DNA from: Pelagibacteraceae bacterium AG-426-P20
GTDB lineage: Bacteria; Pseudomonadota; Alphaproteobacteria; Pelagibacterales; Pelagibacteraceae
DNA length: 62,276 bases
Direction: 5' to 3'
NCBI GenBank assembly: GCA_003210015.1
Contig: QCNX01000001.1
Coordinates: 1 to 62,276 of the forward strand
Numbering within the stretch: the stretch's first letter is position 1; every line of letters starts with the position of its first letter. The position numbers and the translations under genes are program-made. Shown in pieces: positions 57,746 through 62,276 of this stretch. Under the pieces are notes generated by a model, which was given only the letters and a program-made list of their open reading frames with translations, did not search any database and had not been told where the DNA came from.

Positions 57746-57763
57746 TGTTGTAAAAATACAACA
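57746..57763. promoter_or_regulatory. Palindromic candidate operator upstream of the OMP gene
   Basis: TGTTGTA-AAAA-TACAACA. Confidence 0.5.
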
Positions 57764-57864
57764 GTTATTTAATGAAAATTAGATTTATTTGAATTTAGAG
57801 ATTAATTTATAAAAAAATCATGTTTTAAAGTAATTTATTGAAAATATTACTATAATTATCTTAA

Positions 57865-58479
57865 TTAATAACTTTCTGATAAAAAAATAACTAAACCAAT
57901 CAAAACTAAAACACTCGCTGAAATTGTATTAATTGTTTTTGGGTTTGCTTTGATCCAAATAATTAATTTTTGTGCCAGTAAAGCGTAACCAATCAAAGAT
58001 AAGAAATCTAAAACAATGTAAGTTGTTATCAAAATAAAAAATTGAACTACATAATTTGAATTAAAATCAATGAATTGTGGAAATATTAAAGGAAAAAACA
58101 ACCATGCCTTTGGACTTAATCCTGCTACTAGAAAACCATCTTTGAAGAAAGATAAAAAACTTTTTGAACTAATTTTTATTGAATTTACTTCCTTAGGTGA
58201 CGATTTCAAAATATCAAAAGCTAAATAAAATAAATAAAATACTCCAAGCCATTTAAAAATATTTAAAAAGTTAGGATTGTCTGAAAAAAAACTTCCTAAA
58301 ACAAAAATCACTAAAGTGGCTTGAATAAAATTTGCTGTAATATCTCCTAATGCTGTCCAAATACATTTTTGAACACCATAATTCATAGAGTATGAAACAA
58401 TAACAATTCTTGGAGTACCAGGTGTTATAAATAAAAAAATGATAATTTGTAAAAATAGGATAAAATCTACAGGGAACAT
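57865..58479 (-). CDS. rhtB: LysE/RhtB-family translocator
   Basis: ITPGTP, GVFYL, DGFLV...SPKAWLFF...FPQFI. Confidence 0.8.
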   Translation of the reverse strand: MFPVDFILFLQIIIFLFITPGTPRIVIVSYSMNYGVQKCIWTALGDITANFIQATLVIFVLGSFFSDNPNFLNIFKWLGVFYLFYLAFDILKSSPKEVNSIKISSKSFLSFFKDGFLVAGLSPKAWLFFPLIFPQFIDFNSNYVVQFFILITTYIVLDFLSLIGYALLAQKLIIWIKANPKTINTISASVLVLIGLVIFLSESY

Positions 58480-58480
58480 T

Positions 58481-58536
58481 AAAAAAGAGATAGTCCTTAA
58501 AAACCGGGAGCTAAAGATGGCTAAGAAGGACTATCC
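58481..58536 (-). ncRNA. Bulged hairpin upstream of rhtB, probably the SAR11 'rhtB' candidate RNA motif
   Basis: GATAGTCCTT(58489-98)/AAGGACTATC(58526-35) stem, with an inner AGCC/GGUU helix on the minus strand. The context (hypothetical gene, rhtB, proC, livM) matches my recollection of the published Pelagibacter motif. Confidence 0.6.
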
Positions 58537-58598
58537 AGATGAATATAGCAGATCCAAAAAAAAATGCATTATCTATTTTTTTCAAATATAAAGGAATT

Positions 58599-58895
58599 AT
58601 GAAAAAAAAAGGTCACAGGCCAGTCACCAGGGTCAAAAATCCAGAGCCAAAAATTGATGATCCAGATTGGGTCATCTGGGCAGCCTGGGCTGATAGGATC
58701 ACTTTTGAGGAAATAGAAAAAAAGACAGGTTACAATGAGTCTACTGTTATAAAAGTAATGAGAAGATCTTTAAAACCTTCATCATTTAGATTATGGAGAA
58801 AAAGAGTTAATCAGAAAAGTATAAAACATAGAAAAAAGTTTGAATACTCTAGAAAACAAATAACTAGTAAAATTAAAAAAAGTAACTACTTATAG
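58599..58895 (+). CDS. TIGR03643-like conserved protein
   Basis: WAAWADRITFEEI, VIKVMRRSLKPSSFRLWRKRV; ATG at 58599 after AAGGA. Confidence 0.8.
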   Translation: MKKKGHRPVTRVKNPEPKIDDPDWVIWAAWADRITFEEIEKKTGYNESTVIKVMRRSLKPSSFRLWRKRVNQKSIKHRKKFEYSRKQITSKIKKSNYL

Positions 58896-58898
58896 TCT

Positions 58899-59153
58899 AT
58901 GAAAAAAATTACAATTTATACTGGCCCAATGTGCAATTATTGTGAAGCAGCTAAACGGTTACTAACAAGAAATAATGCAACGTATAATGAAATTAATATT
59001 GCAACTGTTGATGGTGCAATGGATGAAATGATTAAGAGAGCTAATGGAAAAAGAACAATACCACAAATATTTTTTGATGATCAGCACATTGGTGGTTATG
59101 ATGATGTTAGAGCTTTAGAAAAAGAAAATAAGCTTAAAGATCTTTTAAAATAA
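58899..59153 (+). CDS. grxC: Glutaredoxin 3
   Basis: CNYC, TIPQIF, IGGYDD. Confidence 0.93.
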   Translation: MKKITIYTGPMCNYCEAAKRLLTRNNATYNEINIATVDGAMDEMIKRANGKRTIPQIFFDDQHIGGYDDVRALEKENKLKDLLK

Positions 59154-59486
59154 AACAAAATATATCACTAAAAAAATTAAACCATATTCAAGAAAACTTT
59201 TCAAATTTGTTAATTGTTTTTCATTAAATTTTTGATTTGCATATTTTTTTAATAAATAAAAACATATATTAACTAACAAAATTCCAATTATAATACCTAT
59301 AACAGTAGATTTAATTGTGAAATTTTTATAACCAAAATAACAAGCTGCAATTAAGCTAAACCAAGAAATTTTTGTAACAAATATTTTAAATATTAATCCA
59401 GCTTTTTTACTAAATACTGATTGTGTTTTTATAATTGAGTAAGACCAAATTATACCAATTAAAAAAGTAATATACTTGATAATCAT
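59145..59486 (-). CDS. Hypothetical membrane protein
   Basis: 113 aa, about 4 TM segments, overlaps the msrB stop. Confidence 0.7.
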   Translation of the reverse strand: MIIKYITFLIGIIWSYSIIKTQSVFSKKAGLIFKIFVTKISWFSLIAACYFGYKNFTIKSTVIGIIIGILLVNICFYLLKKYANQKFNEKQLTNLKSFLEYGLIFLVIYFVLF

Positions 59487-59854
59487 TTTTTTTCTTTAAA
59501 AACTAAACAAACTCCGTTATTGCAATATCTTTTTCCAGTTGGTTGCGGACCATCTTCGAATATATGACCATGATGACCGCCGCAGTTTTTGCAATGATAT
59601 TCTGTTCTAGCGTAACCTAATAGATGATCTGTCTTAGTCTCAAAAACATCAGGTAATGACTGGTAAAAAGATGGCCAACCTGAACCACTTTCATACTTTG
59701 TGCTAGACTCAAACAATTTAATTCCACAATTAGCGCAATGATAATCGCCTTCTCGCTTTTCTTTATTCAATTCGCTAGTATTAGGAGGTTCTGTTCCATC
59801 CTCAAACATTACTAGTCTTTGTTCTGCTGTTAGTTTTGGGTTTTTTTTAACCAT
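59483..59854 (-). CDS. msrB: Peptide-methionine (R)-S-oxide reductase
   Basis: GTEPP, CxxC pairs, KYESGSGWPSF, GHIFEDGP, RYCNN. Confidence 0.96.
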   Translation of the reverse strand: MVKKNPKLTAEQRLVMFEDGTEPPNTSELNKEKREGDYHCANCGIKLFESSTKYESGSGWPSFYQSLPDVFETKTDHLLGYARTEYHCKNCGGHHGHIFEDGPQPTGKRYCNNGVCLVFKEKK

Positions 59855-59857
59855 ATT

Positions 59858-60808
59858 TTATTTAAGTTCTCGCACAGGCTTTCCACTTACACAAGACTCT
59901 AGAGCTTCAATCATCTGTGTGTAAAAAATACTATAGTTTTCGGCAGTAACATAACCTATGTGTGGTGTTAATAAAGCGTTAGGAAGAAATCTTAATTTAT
60001 TGTTTTCTGGTAATGGTTCTTTTTCATAAACATCTAGCCCAGCTCCTGCTATTACATTTGTTGATAATGCAATTATTAAATCATCTTCATTAATAATTGG
60101 TCCTCTTGAAGTATTAATAATAAATGAAGTTTTTTTCATTTTATCCATTTCTTTGAGAGTAATACAATCTTTGTACCTATCTCCACCCTGAACATGAATA
60201 GATAAAAAATCAGAATCTTTTATTAAATCATCCTTGCTACATGGAAGAACGTCTAATTCTTTACATTTATCTAAATTAAGATTTTCGCTCCATGCCATTA
60301 CTTGCATGCCAAAAGCTTTACCAATTTTAGCCACTTGTGATCCAACTCTACCTAGGCCAATTAAACCCAGGATTTTTCCTTTTAATTCTATCCCTACAGT
60401 TGTTTGCCAATACCCTTGGTACATATTGTCTATCTCTTCTTTTAAATTTCTAGCTAATCCCAATATTAAAGCCCAAGTTAATTCAGGGGTTGGGTGAATA
60501 TTGGTATCAGTTCCACAAACAATAATTTTTCTTTTTTTTGCACTCTCAAGATCAATTGAATTATTTCTTAAACCACTGGTAATAATAAATTTTAACTTAC
60601 TCAAATTATCAATTATATTTTTAGTCATTGGAGTTCTTTCTCGCATTATCAATAATGCCTCAAAATCAGCTAATTGTTCAAGAGTGTCAGCTTCATCTAC
60701 AAATGGTTCACTAAAAATTTTAAATTCATATTTTCCAGATAGTTTTTCAAGGTCAACAAATTGTTGAGAAACATTTTGATAATCATCTAGGATTGCAACT
60801 TTAAGCAT
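59858..60808 (-). CDS. D-2-hydroxyacid dehydrogenase family protein
   Basis: ILDDYQ, MRERTP, GLGRVG, NTSRGP, DVYEKEP, TPHIGY. Confidence 0.92.
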   Translation of the reverse strand: MLKVAILDDYQNVSQQFVDLEKLSGKYEFKIFSEPFVDEADTLEQLADFEALLIMRERTPMTKNIIDNLSKLKFIITSGLRNNSIDLESAKKRKIIVCGTDTNIHPTPELTWALILGLARNLKEEIDNMYQGYWQTTVGIELKGKILGLIGLGRVGSQVAKIGKAFGMQVMAWSENLNLDKCKELDVLPCSKDDLIKDSDFLSIHVQGGDRYKDCITLKEMDKMKKTSFIINTSRGPIINEDDLIIALSTNVIAGAGLDVYEKEPLPENNKLRFLPNALLTPHIGYVTAENYSIFYTQMIEALESCVSGKPVRELK

Positions 60809-61694
60809 TTTTAATTTCCTTATTTGATAAAAATAAACCTAATACAATTAAAATTGATCCTATTAAATGAAAAAATTGAAATTTTTCATTAAAGAATGTT
60901 ATTGCCATTAAAGTACTAAAAAAAGGAATTAAAGAAAGAAATATACCTGCTCTATTTGCTCCAATAATTGCTACTGCACCAGCCCAACAATAGTAAGAGC
61001 CTATACTAGGAAATAAAGCTAAATAAATAAGAGTATAAACAAGATTAGTGTTTAATTTTACAGTAAGGCCTTGAGATAATTCATATAAAAACTGAGGTAA
61101 TATAAATAATAAACCAAAAGTGCACAAAACATGAACCAAAGTTAAAAGAGGTAGAGTAAATTTCTTTTTTTTTAAAAAAGAAGAATATAGACCCCAAGTG
61201 ATTACTCCCCCAATCATTATTAAATCACCTTTATTAAAATTTAGAGAAAGTAAAATATTTAAATCTAGTTTTGTAATAATCGATAAAATTCCAAATACAG
61301 AAATAATCAAGCCCAAAATCTGAAATTTATTAGTTTTTTCAATTTTTAGTAAAAAACATAAAAAAATTATCATTGCAGGAATTGCAGTATTAAAAAGTGA
61401 AGCATTAATAACTTGAGTATGAACTAATGATAAATAAGTAAAAGTATTAAATAATCCAACACTCGTTAAAGCTAAAAAAAATAATAAAGGTAAATTATTT
61501 AAAATTATATCTTTGTACTTTAGTATTTCCTTGTAAGTAAAAGGTAATAAAATTATCCATACCAGCAACCATCTAAAAAATACCAATGACATTGGGGGAA
61601 TATTTTCTAAATAGGCTAATTTTCCCACCATAAAGTTTCCTGCCCAAAATAATGTTGCACATACCAACATTATATAAGCTTTGGTATTTTGCAT
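60801..61694 (-). CDS. DMT/EamA-family transporter
   Basis: FWAGNF, PPMSLVFFRW, GDLIM, about 10 TM segments. Confidence 0.9.
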   Translation of the reverse strand: MQNTKAYIMLVCATLFWAGNFMVGKLAYLENIPPMSLVFFRWLLVWIILLPFTYKEILKYKDIILNNLPLLFFLALTSVGLFNTFTYLSLVHTQVINASLFNTAIPAMIIFLCFLLKIEKTNKFQILGLIISVFGILSIITKLDLNILLSLNFNKGDLIMIGGVITWGLYSSFLKKKKFTLPLLTLVHVLCTFGLLFILPQFLYELSQGLTVKLNTNLVYTLIYLALFPSIGSYYCWAGAVAIIGANRAGIFLSLIPFFSTLMAITFFNEKFQFFHLIGSILIVLGLFLSNKEIKNA

Positions 61695-61697
61695 GAA

Positions 61698-62276
61698 TTA
61701 GCTGAATCTTGTTGAGCTATATGGACTTAAATTTAAATTTGTATTTTCTTTAGCAATCATTCCTGAAATAATTTTACCTGAAATTGGCCCTAGGGTCCAA
61801 CCAAGATGATGGTGACCAAAACAATAAAATATGTTTTTATAATTTTTAGAAGGTCCAATTACGGGTAAAAAATCTGGTAAAGTTGGTCTAAATCCCAGCC
61901 ATTCATCCTCATGTTCTGGAAGATCTCCTAGCATATATCTTGCATTACTAATTAGATTCTTAACTCTAAGTTTTGAAGGAGGGTTTTTTAAACCACCAAA
62001 CTCAACTGTTCCTACTACTCTTAATCCTTGTTCCATCGGAGTAATTCCAAAACCTCTATTTTGAAATATCACAGGTCGAGTTAAAAGATGATCACAATTT
62101 TTAAAATGTACGTGATATCCTCTTTCTGTATCTAAAGGTATTTTTTCTCCTAAATTATCAGTAAGTTTTTTTGAAAATGCACCACAAGTAATAACTAATT
62201 TGTCAAAAATATACTTTTGAGTTTCCGTTTGTACTATAGGTTTTTCTTTATCAAAATTGATATCTTGAACGTTCAT
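61698..62276 (-). CDS. dadA: D-amino acid dehydrogenase-family FAD oxidoreductase, C-terminal part (truncated by the window edge)
   Basis: ERGYH, WLGFRPTLPD.LPVIG, FGHHHLGWTLGP. Confidence 0.75.
   Translation of the reverse strand: MNVQDINFDKEKPIVQTETQKYIFDKLVITCGAFSKKLTDNLGEKIPLDTERGYHVHFKNCDHLLTRPVIFQNRGFGITPMEQGLRVVGTVEFGGLKNPPSKLRVKNLISNARYMLGDLPEHEDEWLGFRPTLPDFLPVIGPSKNYKNIFYCFGHHHLGWTLGPISGKIISGMIAKENTNLNLSPYSSTRFS

Noticed and set aside
59858-60808. Serine-cycle hydroxypyruvate reductase (hprA)
   Set aside because: Its ILDDYQ/MRERTP motifs mark a different D-2-hydroxyacid dehydrogenase subfamily and it is 50 kb from mcl; the activity cannot be excluded but is unsupported
1-62276. CRISPR arrays, IS elements, prophage, rRNA/tRNA, defence systems
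   Set aside because: No spaced repeats, transposase/integrase/phage structural genes or RNA-gene signatures seen; no flanking direct repeats found around the mcl-ppc block

Overview
Very AT-rich (roughly 30% GC by eye, not computed), tightly packed alphaproteobacterial DNA. Gene content and the 0-10 nt gene spacing point to a SAR11/Pelagibacterales chromosome (inference). I see no rRNA, tRNA, CRISPR array, integrase or transposase. Most of the window scavenges organic nitrogen and C1 units: TMAO demethylase (tdm), the N-methylglutamate pathway (mgsABC, gmaS, a second GS-family paralog, a SoxB/MgdA-like flavoprotein, an atypical Amt), diaminopropionate ammonia-lyase, allantoin catabolism (puuE-alc-allA plus an NCS1 permease), agmatinase, a PotABCD-type ABC transporter, doeA/eutA-like genes and a Liv-type ABC transporter, interspersed with housekeeping genes. 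The most striking element is an mcl-mtkA-mtkB-ppc operon, the hallmark serine-cycle module, sitting inside the methylamine cluster. SAR11 is generally described as oxidising but not assimilating C1 units. Second is a trigonelline-type (tgn-like) operon with a frameshifted luciferase-like monooxygenase. Also found: an unannotated 22-aa membrane micropeptide and several candidate structured RNAs. All family assignments come from motif recognition and memory; no searches were run.
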